Of a DNA stretch of 64,000 nt, positions 47,682 to 59,820 are shown piece by piece. The position numbers and the translations under genes were made by a program. The stretch covers positions 166,884,410 to 166,948,409 of the forward strand of contig NC_052147.1 in the NCBI RefSeq assembly GCF_902713615.1. Reading direction: 5' to 3'. The number at the start of each line of letters is the position of its first letter. Positions within the stretch are counted from its first letter, which is position 1. The notes under the pieces are model-generated. The model was not told the origin of the DNA. It made no database searches and was given only the letters and a program-made list of their open reading frames with translations. The DNA is from Scyliorhinus canicula. Lineage: Eukaryota.

Positions 47682-48331
47682 GGGCAGGATTCTCTGCGCC
47701 GGGATGATTCTCTGGAGAGCAGAGAATCGGAGCTATTAGCGCCGGGGCGGTCGGCTTAGCTCCGGTCGGGGGCCGCTGTACTCGACCGCTCCGGTGATTC
47801 TCTGCCCATGATGGGCCGAGCGGCCGTACAAATAAACCTGAGGCTCGCCGGCGCCGTTCTAACCTGGTTTTACCCGGCAGGACCTCGGCGTGAATGGACC
47901 CGGGTTGGCCTGGTGGGGGCGGGGGAGGTGTCCGACCCCGGGGGTGGGGGGGCCTCCGCTGTGGCCTGGCCTGTAATTGGGGCCTTCCGATTAGCTGGGG
48001 GCCTCCTTTGTTCCGCGCCGGCCCCTGTAGCCCTACGCCATGTTGCATTGGGGCCAGCGCGGTGAAGGGAGCCACCATGCATGCGCGGAAATCGCGTCAG
48101 TCACACTGCACATGCGCGCGTTGGCGCCGACCCCACTGTGCATGCGCAGACCCATGCTGCCCATCTGATGCCGGCATCGGCAGCTGGAGCGGCGTGGGTC
48201 GCTCCAGTGCCGTGCGGGCCCCCTGTAGGGGTCAGAATTGCTGTTCCTGAGGCCATGTTGACGCCTACGGGAAATGCGACGGCTATTACGACGGCGTCAA
48301 CACTTAGCCTCGGGATCAGAGTATCCCGCCC
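47682..48331. mobile_element. Harbinger-type MITE
   Basis: GGGCAGGATTCTC...GAGTATCCCGCCC with a perfect 3-bp TSD TCT. Confidence 0.8.
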
Positions 48332-48543
48332 TCTGTTTCTTCTGGGATGCCTGCGTGCCTCCACCATCCCACCAAATTGAGGAATACCATGTCCATTGGG
48401 TCCTGAGAAACCGGTCCTCAGGTAATTCTGCCGGTGTGATGCCCATTGTGGCATAGCGGGGGACGGGGATGGGGTGGGAGGGAGGATAGCATCGTAAGAC
48501 AAAAACAGTTGGCCAGCCTAAGGCATAGTGGTCTGCTGGACTG

Positions 48544-48927
48544 TGAAGTGTTGGCTAGTGTAAACTTGAGAGATGAACAGACACTTCCAACACTGATGAA
48601 GGTTCAACTCAATTTTATTAACTACTTTTAACTAACTAACACCCAATGACTGTGAGTCTAAATGATGCTAACTTAAACTAGAGACCTAAGCCTTGTCCGA
48701 ACCAATTGATTCTCTCAGCACATGGTGTGAGTCTGTGCTGGCCTGGATGAGGTCTTGTTAGACTCAGAGGCAGCACCCAGAATGAGCGGGAACTGTGCTG
48801 CCCTCTGCCTTTATAGTGTGTGTATTCTAACTGGTGATTGGCTGCGGTGTTTGTACATGTTGATTGGTCCCTGTGTGTGTCCATCAGTGTGTGTCTGCAC
48901 CATGATATGCTGGTGTATATTATGACA
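48544..48927 (-). mobile_element. Solo LTR (384 bp), same family and orientation as 15746-16129
   Basis: TG...CA ends, TSD GACTG/GACGG, visually >90% identical to 15746-16129. Confidence 0.87.
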
Positions 48928-50329
48928 GACGGCTTCATCATAGCTGCCTTAACGTTTGAATAACTCTCTCCGCTAATCTGCTTGCTGCAGGGTGATAGGG
49001 GCTATTCTGAATGGCGACTGTCATTAATTCTGACAAAGTGTTGCAAATCTTCTCCAGTGAAAGGAGTGGCATTGTCAGTCACTATTACTTCGGGGAGGCC
49101 ATAAGTAGCAAGGCCCCCTGCAGGGCCTCTACTCTGGCCACTGAGGACGTCGTTCTCATCTCTTGAAGCTCCAACCATGTTGAATTTGCGTTGAGCAAAA
49201 TAAGGAACATTTTACCAAAACAAAAGGACCAGTGTAATCAACGGGCTGGATTCTCCATTTCTGAGGCTAAGTGCTGACATCAACAGAGATTCATGGAACT
49301 TTTCGCCATGTAGATTAGGTCATTCTTCTCGATCTGTGTGTATTTACACTCAGCATCAGAATGTGTTCAAGAAGCGAATGCAACTGGCCTTTCTGAGCCA
49401 TCCTCCATTTTATGGGGGAAGACTGCACCAATCCCACATGGTGATATGTCACAGGACAGGGTTTTCTTGGGTCAAATAGGCTCGGTGACTGTAAAACCTG
49501 AGAAACGTGTTGTCAGGCTTACTCCTGGGTGTCATTCCAAAGCCAATGCTGCTGTTTTCTTAACAGCAAGTGGAGTGGTGCCAATGTCATGGCTAGGTTG
49601 GGAGCAATAGGACCAGACTAGTTTATCATCCCTAAGAAACACTTATATTCTGCAACATTCTGAGGTGCCATAACTTTTCTTATGGCTCTCAACTTGTGCA
49701 CGATTCAACCACTGCATTGCGCCCAGCGTGGATCTGGGCGCGCCGGGTGAATAGCGGGAAAGGCCAAAATTGGGATTCCCGCTGGGTACGAACTAGTTTG
49801 CGATTCACCTGCCCCACTCCCGATGGCGAGTTCTGGATTTCACCCAAGAATGGTGAGCTTTCGGAATGCAGCACTGAGGACCCGGGTTTGAATCCCGGCC
49901 CTGGGTCACTGTCCGTGTGGACATTCTCCCCACGTCTGCGTGGGTTTCACCCCCACAACCCAAAGATGTGCAGGTTAGGTGGATTTGCCACACTAAATTG
50001 CCCTTTAATTGGGAAAAACAAAAAGTGGGTCTCTAAATTAAGGAAAAATGGCGAGCTTATCAATAAGCCTCATTTGCTTTAATTTCAATCCATTAACAAT
50101 ATTGCAATCAAATGCAGCGGCCACCTGGGAATTACCCGACTTTCCAATGTGAAGTGCACAGCCTGAAGACCGGACCGTCCATTAGGCTCAGGAGGGACCC
50201 AAAAGGGATGGCCAGCGATGGCCGAAGGTGTACAGGCATTGTTGGTCAGTCAATCAACTGACAGACACCACGTACAGCAGGAGACCTTGTCTCAGCAGAG
50301 AGAGCCAGTGGAGGAGGAGGACACCCACA

Positions 50330-51191
50330 GTCGGTAGCCGTGAGGGTCACTGCACCCTGAACATCTATGCCACTGGGTTGTTCCAGGGCTCAAGCAGAGA
50401 TTAAGGCAGTCAGCCGTCCACAGATGAATCCATGAGGCTACGGATGCTCTGTATGCCCAGGAATTCAACTATGTCTTCCGGCTGTACCAGGCCCACCCAG
50501 ACGCCCAGGCTGCAGGATTTTCTGCCATCGCTGGGATGCCACAGGGCCAGGGGGTAATCAACGGCACACACGTTGCCCTACGAGCACCAGAGCATCAGGG
50601 AGTGCCCTATATTAACAGAAAGAGGTTCCACTCCCTAAATGTTCAGATCGTGTGCGGCCGCCACCGCTGAATCATGCATGAGTTTGCCCGTTACCCTGGG
50701 TGCATGCATGACAGCTGCAGCCTGGGACACTCAGAGAAAACCAGTGCCTTCGAGGACCACCCCAGGATGATGAGTTGGCTCGTGGTGGACAAGGGATACC
50801 CGCTGAGGTCATGGCTGATGACGTTGGTACAGAGGCCTGAGTCCGAGGTGGAGGTCCGATATAATGAGACCCACGCTGCCACTGGTGCTGTCATTGAGCG
50901 GCGTATTGGCCTGCTGAAAATTCAGTTTTGATGCCTGGACTGCTCTGGTGGTGCCCTCCAGTACACCCCCAGAGGGTCTACTGCTTTGTGGTGGTCTGCT
51001 GTCTCCCCCAAACTCTGGCCGAGCAGCAGCATAACATGCTGGACGAAGGGCAGGAGGAGGTGGAGGCAGTCTAGGAGATGCTGGATATCCAGCCCGAGGA
51101 GGAATGGGAAGATGGAGGACAGGCGGTAGCGACAAGGGTCCGACATACGAGGAGGTCCAGGGAGCCCCTCGTCGACTCAGCATTCTCCTAG
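50330..51191 (+). pseudogene. Harbinger transposase (HARBI1-like DDE) remnant
   Basis: GVINGTHVAL, NRKRFHSLNVQIVC, ARYPGCMHDS, VDKGYPLRSWLMT and IERRIGLLKIQF, interrupted by stops and frameshifts. Confidence 0.85.
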
Positions 51192-51769
51192 GATGAAGCT
51201 GTGTCCGTCAGCTTAACCCTCCCCATTTTCCTCCCTCTCTCCCAATACCGCTCCCTAAATTTTCCTCCCTCCTGCCAATTCCCCTTCCCCCCCATTTCCC
51301 TCCACCCCCCCCCCCCCCCCAGTTTCCCACTCTCCCCATTTCCCTCTTTCTCGTCATCCCAAATGCCCCCATTTCACTCTCTCCCTCCCCTGCAATCCGC
51401 TTGCCCTCTTCCTCCCATTCCCCACCACACCGCCCCCCCCTCCCCCAACACACTTCCCCCTCACCAACCACCTTTTCCATCCTCCAAGGGTCTGTGTAAC
51501 ATCATTCCAGGTTGATAGGCCTGTGTCGGCACTCTCACCATGCAAGGCAGGGGAGTGATGATAACTCACTGTGAGGAAAGCTCTGGGGCTCCTCAGTTTC
51601 TGCAAAAGTCTGACTCCTGACTTTCTGCTGACAGGGCGCCCACACCCATCTTCTGAGCGGGGTCTGTATCGGGCTTTCCACTCAGGGAGTGGAATCACTT
51701 CCTGCTAATATAGAGCATTCCCAGATGCCCTGGACCTCGCAGTGCGAATGCATGCCATCCATCACCCCT

Positions 51770-52977
51770 GGACCTGGGGCATCCCGGTGATGGAGGCAAA
51801 TTCTGCAGCCCAGGCATCAGGGTGGGCCCGGGTGATATAGTCTGATGCCCTGGCATATAGAGCATCCATAACCTCCCGGAGGTACCTGTGTATGGAAGAT
51901 TGTGTTATGCCGCACTAGTACCTGCTTGAGCCTTGCAATGACCCAGTGACCCACTGCGGTGACCTTGACAGCCACTGTGAGTTTGTCCTCCTCCTCCATG
52001 GATGACACTTTGGGCTGGATTCTCTAATTTTGAGGTTAAGTGCCGCCACCGGTTTTACGACAGAAAAAACTGCGCAACAGCTGCACTGATTCAGCTACTT
52101 TCATTGGGCTAGCATCATCGCCATGTGGAACACAACTAATTCCATGCAAAACGGTGCCGGATTTGCCGGGTCTGTCATTGGTGCACATGAGGCTCACACA
52201 CCACAGCCGCACATAAACGATCCACCCCCCACACACACCGTCCCAGCCAACAAGGTGGCTGGAAGGAGAGCAGCTCCACGGTTCAGGGACACTGAGTTGG
52301 ACACCCTCATCGACGTCATGGAGGAGGGGCAAATGACCCTGTACCACAGCGCGCTCGAAATGCCACACTGCCCCACATGCCATCCGCCAAGGCCGGGTGC
52401 TCTAGCCACTGAAGCCACCATCCACCAACTCCTGGGCTGTTTGCGCGGAACGTCTAACGGTTGTGCCGTTTGTGTTACCGCACCCCCACCAGGCGAAGGG
52501 CGGGCTCAACCGCTGAGAGAGGGAGAAGATCGGAGGGGGACCACCAGAACTGCGGCCCTTAACCCTGCCTGGGCATTCTGGTGGGCTTGTTCCACATGGA
52601 ACTGGTTGTATTGAGGCCCCTGGGCATATAGGGCGTCCGTGATGGTTCGGATGCACCTGTGTGCTGAGGTCTTTGAAATCCCGGACAGGTCCCCACTTGG
52701 CGATTCTGTGGCATAGACATTCAGGGCGACGGCCTGGCATGTCCTCAAATGACAACAGCACATGCCGTCATGAGGCGCCTCCTTGGCATCTCCCACTCCT
52801 CAATCTGTTGGGCGGCTGACCCACCAGCCTATGCAGATGCCACCTGCCCCTCTGCAGCTCGTTGCTCTGCAGCCCGGTCCTCTGCTGCCCGCTCTGCTAC
52901 TGCCTGCCCCGCTGCTGCAGCTTCCCTCTCCTCGCTGCTCACGCAGCCGCAGGGCACCTCGCATGGCTGCGACCATC
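51770..52977. pseudogene. Further Harbinger remnants: transposase fragments (-, 51770-52000 and 52560-52977) and Myb/SANT-like partner gene fragment (+, ~52250-52560)
   Basis: VALNVYAT..GDLSGISKTSAHRCIRTITDALYA on the minus strand, AGRRAAPRFRDTELDTLIDVME on the plus strand. Confidence 0.65.
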
Positions 52978-53196
52978 GGTGCTATGTCTTTTCGTCCGAC
53001 GTCATTTCGTCCAACGACACTTCGTCCACGTCTTTTGGTCCAACGTCTTTTTGTCCGCACGTCTTTTGGTCCTACGTCTTTTTGTCCAATGATTTTTTTC
53101 GTCAAAGACTTTTTGTAACTTGACTTTTTGTAAATAGAAATCTTCTCTAATGCACATAGCAAGATATAATATGTAATAAAGGATTTTTATTACCGG

Positions 53197-53292
53197 TCTC
53201 TTTCCTTTAACGAGCCTCGTTAAAGGATAGTTATTATCGTTCTCTTTCCTTTAACGAGCCTCGTTAAAGGATAGATATTATCGTTCTCTTTC
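53197..53292. repeat. 44-bp tandem repeat, each unit carrying a 25-bp palindrome, upstream of the transposase ATG
   Basis: TCCTTTAACGAG-C-CTCGTTAAAGGA at 53203-53227 and 53247-53271. Confidence 0.9.
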
Positions 53293-53311
53293 TTAATTCG
53301 CCCATCCCGAA

Positions 53312-54727
53312 ATGGCAAAGTTCATTGTGTCAACGAAGAGCAAAAGGAAGGTAGCTGATGAAAGTAACTACATCTACGATTTTCATTCAAGCAGTACAAA
53401 CCTAGGAAAAGAATACTGGAGATGTGAGAAAAGAAGGCTGTGTTCAGTGCGGATTCACACGGTAACGGAAAACAATGAGCCGAAAATTATTTATTTTTCT
53501 AATGAGCACCTTCATCCAGCTGATGTTGATTCGTTAAATGCTAGAAAAGCAGTTGCAGAAATAAAGCATGAAGCAGTGGAAAACATAGCAGCAAGTTCGC
53601 GTAGCATTCTAGCGGCCAAGTTTACGCAGCTATCAGAAAATACCTGCTCTCAACTTCCTAGGTTGCCCGTCGTCTCAAGGACTATTCAAAGGTGCCGACA
53701 AAAAAATTCTGGATTTCCCGCTAATCCAGCGGCTAGACACGGTTTTGAAATACCTGACAAATATTGTAAACTTGACAATGGCGAACAGTTTCTGAGATAC
53801 GATTCGGGCGCCGAGGATCAACAGCGCTTACCAGTATTCACATCAGAAAGTGCTCTTCATGATTTAGCATCATATCGTCATTGGGCATGTGATGGAACAT
53901 TCAAGATTGTGCCACAACAGTGGTTTCAACTGTTCTGCATTCATGTACAAGTTAAAGGTAGCAGTTTTCCACGGGTCTTTGCATTACTGCCGAATAAAAG
54001 AAAGCAGACATACGAATTATTTTTTGACCAATTGAAAATGATGCAACGTAATGCAGATCCGATTGATATCATGGCAGATTTCGAAGTTGCAGTTCACAAG
54101 GCAATTAATTCATCATTCCTTAATTCATCTGTCGTGGCATGTTTGTTTCATTTGAGCCAATCTGTGTTTCGAAAAATTACCGATTTAGGCCTCAAAGAAA
54201 AATACAATACAGACTCTGAATTCTGTCTTAAAATTCGATGTTTTTCAGCATTAGCTTTCCTCCCCGTTGAAGATGTCGAAGAGGCTTATGAAGATTTTAT
54301 AGACGATGAAGAAATACCTGCTGAATTCATCGTTTACTTCGACTTGACTTACATAGGCATTGTGAGAGGACGTGGTGCCAGACGAAGGAGAGAAACACCT
54401 ACATTCCCGACAGCTGTATGGAATGTTAATCAGCGTGTTCTACAAGATCTACCGAGAACAAATAATGCTGCTGAGGGTTTTCATTCTGCGATAAAACGTT
54501 CGGCGGGTGGAGCTCATTTGAATATCTGGAGGTTAATCAAAACTCTGAAGGAAGAGGAAGGGTTCATAATAGGCAAAAAGGCTCAAATTCTTCGGGGAGA
54601 TCAGTTGACTTCATGTACGCGATATAAGAAAATAACTGAACGCCTCAAAAGATTGGTCGTTGAATATGATTCTACAACAAAAATTGATTTCTTGAGGAAT
54701 GTTGCTTACAATTTACATCAATTTTAA
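53312..54727 (+). CDS. Mutator-family transposase (FLYWCH zinc finger + MULE DDE domain), 471 aa
   Basis: Uninterrupted ORF. FLYWCH YWRCEKRRLC...EHLHP; catalytic D (WACDGTF), D (MADFE), CxxH (CLFH) and E (TNNAAEGFH). Confidence 0.9.
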   Translation: MAKFIVSTKSKRKVADESNYIYDFHSSSTNLGKEYWRCEKRRLCSVRIHTVTENNEPKIIYFSNEHLHPADVDSLNARKAVAEIKHEAVENIAASSRSILAAKFTQLSENTCSQLPRLPVVSRTIQRCRQKNSGFPANPAARHGFEIPDKYCKLDNGEQFLRYDSGAEDQQRLPVFTSESALHDLASYRHWACDGTFKIVPQQWFQLFCIHVQVKGSSFPRVFALLPNKRKQTYELFFDQLKMMQRNADPIDIMADFEVAVHKAINSSFLNSSVVACLFHLSQSVFRKITDLGLKEKYNTDSEFCLKIRCFSALAFLPVEDVEEAYEDFIDDEEIPAEFIVYFDLTYIGIVRGRGARRRRETPTFPTAVWNVNQRVLQDLPRTNNAAEGFHSAIKRSAGGAHLNIWRLIKTLKEEEGFIIGKKAQILRGDQLTSCTRYKKITERLKRLVVEYDSTTKIDFLRNVAYNLHQF

Positions 54728-55125
54728 GTAACTTTAAGAATTTACATTTTCCAACTGTATTCTCTAAGTGATGTGATATCTTTCGGGAATTTTATCAATT
54801 AGTAAACTTTTAGATTTTTTAACTGCATTTTTCAACTTTTTACTTGCATTTTATCAATTAATTCTCATAGTAAACTTTTAGATTTACTTGCTGTATTGTA
54901 CTTGCATTTTATCAATTAAATTCTCATTGAAGGTATTATACCTGGTTTTTGGAATTGGATAATTGGACAAAAAGACGTTGGACCAAAAGACGTGCGGACA
55001 AAAAGACGTTGGACCAAAAGACGTGGACGAAGTGTCGTTGGACGAAGTGACGTCGGACGAAAAGACGCGACACGGCGACCATCGCCACGGCAGCCAGCAT
55101 TGCAGGTTGAACGGCAAACAACATT

Positions 55126-55700
55126 GGGCGGGATTCTCCGACCCCCAGCTGGCAGCAGCCCCCCCAGCAATTCTCCGAGCCGCGGTGGGCCAAGTGGCCG
55201 CCCGTTTCCGACAGGTACTTACCGGCGGGACCTGGCTCCGCGGGCGGCCACCGGGGTCCTCGGGGGGGGGGGGGGGTGCAGGGTGATCTGGCCCCCGGGG
55301 GTGTCCCCATGGTGGTCTGGCCCACGATCGGAACCCGCCGATCCGCGGGCGGCCTGTGCAGTGGGGGCACTCTATTCCTCTGCGCCGGCTGGTGTACCAG
55401 TCCGCGATGGCCAGCGTGGAGATGAACCTCACTGCGCATGCGCTGGGATGACGCCAGCACACACTGGCACTCCCGTGCATACACCAACTCGCACCGGCCA
55501 GCGGAGGTCCTTCGCCGCCGGTTGGCGTGGCGCCAAGCCCCTTCTGCTCCGGCCGGCGTGGGGCAAATCACTCCAGCGCCGGCCTAGCCCCTGAAGGTGC
55601 GGAGGATTCCGCACCTCAGGGCGGCCCGACGCCGGAGTGGTTCACGCCATTGCTTCGCACCAGAGGTGCCCACCCTGCCGGTTTCTGGAGAATCCCACCC
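55126..55700. mobile_element. Harbinger-type MITE
   Basis: GGGCGGGATTCTCC...GGAGAATCCCACCC with a perfect TSD ATT. Confidence 0.85.
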
Positions 55701-56047
55701 ATTGTCTGCAGGGGATGGAAGGCCAACATGCACAGCGCATGCCTCCGTGCCCAGCCAGGGTCCATGGGCTACTGCGTAGAACCAGGGACCGATGTGGGTG
55801 TGCAGCAAGGTGGCCACCGTAATGGCAGTCAGTGCCCAGGCACTGCCCCTGTCCAGTGGAGGTCCCATGGCATGTTTCTCCCCCCTCTCCCCCTCCCCTG
55901 GTGTCCAGGCCGGCAGCCCGCAGTCACTTCACGCCATTTCCTACCTCCTCTTTTTCCTACCTCACGACTTTTGAGAGCACAAGTAAACCACGCCGTCGTG
56001 AACCCAGCCCATCGGAGACGGTGATCCCTGGGGCTCCGGACAATTAT

Positions 56048-56778
56048 GGGCGGGATTCTCCCATCTGATGGCAGAGTGTTGACGCCGTTGTAAAAACACG
56101 AGAGTTTAACAGCGGCGTCATTGGACCGCTAAGTGTAGCAATCCTCTGCCCTACATGAGGCCAACATGGCACTGGAGTGACCCACGCTGCTCCAGCTGCC
56201 GATACCGGTGTCAAATGGGCGGTGTGGGTCTGCGCATGCGTGCTGCAACGGGCGCGAATGCACGCATGCGCCGTAGTTTCCTTCTCCGCGCCAGCCCCGA
56301 CACAACAAAGCATAGCGCTACAGAGGCCGGCGTGGAGCAAAAGAGGTCCTCGCAAGGAGAGGCTGGCTCGCCGATCGGTAGGCCCCGTTCATGGGCCAGG
56401 CCACGGTGGAGCCGCCCCCCGCCCCATAGCAGTCAGCCCCCGACAGGATGGACGCCGACGTCCCGCCGGGTAAGACCAGATGTGAATGGCGCCGGCGGGA
56501 CCCGGGCATTTTTGGGCAGCCACTCGGCGCATCCCGAGCAGAGAATCGCCTGGGTAGTGCGGCCCCCGACCGGCGGCGTGCTGATGCCAATGGCGCTGAA
56601 TCTCCGGTCACCGGAGAATCGGCAGACTTGCGTCGGGGCGGCGTTGTGCGATTCGCGCCTGGCTCGGTGATTCTCTGAAACGGCGTGGGCTGAGAGTATC
56701 CTACTGCCATTTTGCCGGCGGAAATCACTCTCCGCCCAAACACGTGATTTTGCCGTTCCCAAACGGAGAATCCTGCCC
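56048..56778. mobile_element. Harbinger-type MITE (possibly composite)
   Basis: GGGCGGGATTCTCC...GGAGAATCCTGCCC termini. Confidence 0.7.
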
Positions 56779-56804
56779 ACTATCTCTCTGCTGAGTTGGT
56801 GTCT

Positions 56805-57075
56805 TCATAGAATCACTGCAGTGCAGAAGGAGACCATTTGGCCCATCGAGTGTGCACTGACCCTCTGAAAGAGCATCCCACCAAGACGCATTTCTCACCT
56901 AACCCATACATTCCTGGACACTATAGGGCCATTTTATCATGATCTATCCATCCAACTGGCACATCTTTGGGCTTTGGGGGGAAACCGGAGTTCCCGAAAG
57001 AAAACCAGGCGAACACGGGGAGAACGTGCAGACTCCGCACAGACCGTTACTCAAGGCCGGAATTCAACCCAATTG
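56805..57075 (-). mobile_element. Diverged V-SINE
   Basis: Reverse V core (ggggagaacgtgcagactccgcacaga) and tail. Confidence 0.7.
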
Positions 57076-58207
57076 TAACGAGGCAGTATTTTCTGTGGCA
57101 TATGGTGGCCAACCATTCCTGGATTGACTAATGACGCCTATACACCTTGGGCTGTCATTGGTCTTCCCTTCTAGGTCCCTCCTTAGCCTGACAGGAGGCA
57201 TGGTCTTCAGGGTGTGCGGCGGCCCCCTGCACAGGGCGTGCCACTTCCAACCTCCATTGTTGGGGCTGCCTACTACGGTGTCTGCCCGCCTTGGCTGCCA
57301 CAAGCATGGCGAGGGCAGCCTCCGCGGGATCTACATCAGCAAACATAGCTTTATCCAGAAGGATTTGGAGAAGGAGAGAGACCGACAATACATTGGCGTT
57401 CCCATCCCGGAACCATCAAATCCCCCAAGTCTCCCTTCTCATGACTGTCCTAAATTCTCTCACACTCAGCGAGCCAGTTATGCTGGAAAACCTTGCTCTG
57501 CACCTTTTGACCACGAGAGGATCCTCTGAGGTGAAGCCCTGCTCTTTACTGTTTGATTGTTGGCAGCTGGTTCTATGGTGCTGATGCTCCTAGTCAGATA
57601 CAGTGTTCAGGCTACAAGGTTTGCTGGACATGCACTGCAGTAACCATCCTCTGAGACATGGCACCTGTACTTTTGAGGAGGCACTTGAGAGTTGAGGAGC
57701 ATGAAGTGTTCTCACAACTAATAAGGCTAATTCCTCATTTGAAATAGCCTTCAGATGTGAAGCTAGATGCTGCTCAGTTAACGGGGTGAAATTGAGAGAT
57801 GCTTCAGCATGGCTATGACCTGGAAGAGTCTGGTTGGGCAGACAGGCTGCAGCTGCGGTTGTGCCTGTTATGGATCTCCACAGTATTTAAAGATAGCTTG
57901 AAGGCCTCACAGATGCAAAGCCCCTAAACCCCCAGCCCAGGGCAACCCCTTCCATGGAACACTTCAGCTCCACAACCAAGCCAACTGTTCAACAAGGCAA
58001 CTGCTCGACCCAAGCAGGCAGCACAATCAAACACCCCTCCCACCCAGGTTATTCTCTCTTCAAGCCTCTTCCATCGGGCAGGAGATACAAGAGTTTGAGA
58101 ATCAGCGGAATTTGACAGGGGCATTGGTCAACAAAGTGTCTTGTGGGCCACACTCAGAGCCCAAATCTGCCGCATGTGGCCCCTGGGCCACAGGTTACCC
58201 ATCACTA

Positions 58208-59800
58208 GAGTCATAGAGGTTTACAGCATGGAAACAGGCCCTTGGGCCCAACTTGTCGATGCCGCCCAGTTTCTATCACTAAGCTAGTCCCAATTGCCTG
58301 CATTTGGCCCATATTCCTCTATACCCATCTTACCCATATAAGTCAAAATGCTTTTTAAAATACTGCGCCGGTTGGCGGGCCCCCCGCATCGAATCTCCTG
58401 CCCGCGATGGGCCGAAGTTCCGCCGCTGTCAGGCCAATCCCGCCGACGTGGTTTCAACCACCTCTGGTGCCGGCAGGAGCAGGCGCAGCGAATGGGTCCT
58501 GGGGGTGGGGGGCATGGGGCGATCTGACCCTGGGGGGTGTCCCCACGGTGGCCTGTCCCACGATCAGGGCCCACCGATCGGCGGGCAGGCCTGTGCCGTG
58601 GGGGCACTCTTTTTCTTCCGCCGCTGCCACGGCCTCCACCATGGCGGAGGCGGAAGAGACCCCCTCCACCGCGCATGCGCCGGGGTGACGTCAGCGGCCA
58701 CTAATGCTCCGGCGCATACACGGACTCACGCTAACCGGCGAAGGCCTTTCGGCCAGCTGTGGCGTCGGTCGGCAGGGCGCCAAAGGCCGTTTGCTCCGGT
58801 CGGCAGAGCGGGAGCCATTCCGGCACGGGCCTAGCCCCTAAAGGTGCGGAAAATTCCACACCTTTGGGGAGGCCCGTGCCGGAGTGGTTCTTGCCACTGC
58901 GTTACGCCGGGAGCCCCCACCCGGCCGTGTAGGGGAGAATCCCGGCCCTTGATCCGGACACTCTTCACCCTCTGTGTGAAAAAACTCTCCTTTAGACCCT
59001 TTTGTATCTCTCCCCTCTTAACTTAAATCTCTGCCCTCTAGTTTTAGACTCCCCAACCTTTGGAAAGATGTTGACTATCCAGCTTATCTGTTCCCATCAT
59101 TATTTTATAGACCTCTATAAGATTACCCCTACGTTCTACGCTCCAGGGAAAAAAGTCCCAGTCTACCAGCCTCTCCTTATAACTCAAACCATCTAGTCCC
59201 GGGAGCATCCTAGTAAATCCTATCTGCACTCTTTCTAAATTAACAATATCCTTTCTATACTAGGTTGACCAGAACTGTACACAGTATCCCATGTGTGGTC
59301 TAACCAATGTCTTATACAACTTCAACAAGACGTCCCAAATCCTGCATTTAAGCTTTGACAGAGTCATCGGACTCGAAACGTTAGCCCTTTTCTCTCCCTA
59401 TAGATGCTGCCAGACCTGCTGAGATTTTCCAGCATTTTCTCTTTTGTTTCAGATTCAAGCATCTGCAGTAATTTGCTTTTATCCTGTATTTAATATTCTG
59501 ACCAATGAAACCTAACATGCCGAGTGCCTTCTTCACCATCCTTTCCTCCTGTGACTCCACTTTCAAGAAGCTATGAAGCTGTACTCCTAGATCTCTTTGT
59601 TCTATAACTGTCTCCAACACCCTACCATTAACTGAGTAGGTGCTGCCCCAATTCGATCTATCAAAATGCATCACCTCACATTTATCTAAATTAAACTCTT
59701 ATCTGCCATTCATCGGCCCACTGGCCCAAGTGATCAAGATCCCTTTGCAATCTGAGATAACCTTCTTCACTATCCGCTATGCCACCAATCTTGGTGTTCT
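58208..59800 (-). mobile_element. Decayed CR1 LINE with nested MITE (~58365-58947) and Penelope-like fragment (59350-59481)
   Basis: FTRMLPGLDGLSYKERL and QRDLGVQLHSFLKV on the minus strand, with the tail near 58210. Confidence 0.8.
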
Positions 59801-59820
59801 CGCTTGTGCTAAAACCAATT

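Larger units (their letters stand above)
47500..49240 (-). mobile_element. Highly decayed older Gypsy integrase remnant (host of MITE and solo-LTR insertions)
   Basis: Minus-strand ATYGLPEVIVTDNATPFTGE at ~49050-49110 and FQVGDLVLIRNF at ~47615-47655. Confidence 0.55.
52978..55074 (+). mobile_element. Intact Mutator/MULE (Phantom-like) DNA transposon, 2097 bp
   Basis: 113-bp TIRs (52978-53090 / 54962-55074) built from ~15-bp GTCTTTT(G/T)GTCC(A/G)AC subrepeats. Perfect 9-bp TSD GCGACCATC (52969-52977, 55075-55083). Single intact transposase ORF. Confidence 0.93.

Noticed and set aside
50330-51191. Domesticated HARBI1 gene
   Set aside because: Multiple stops and frameshifts and a degraded first catalytic Asp. 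It is a transposon fossil.
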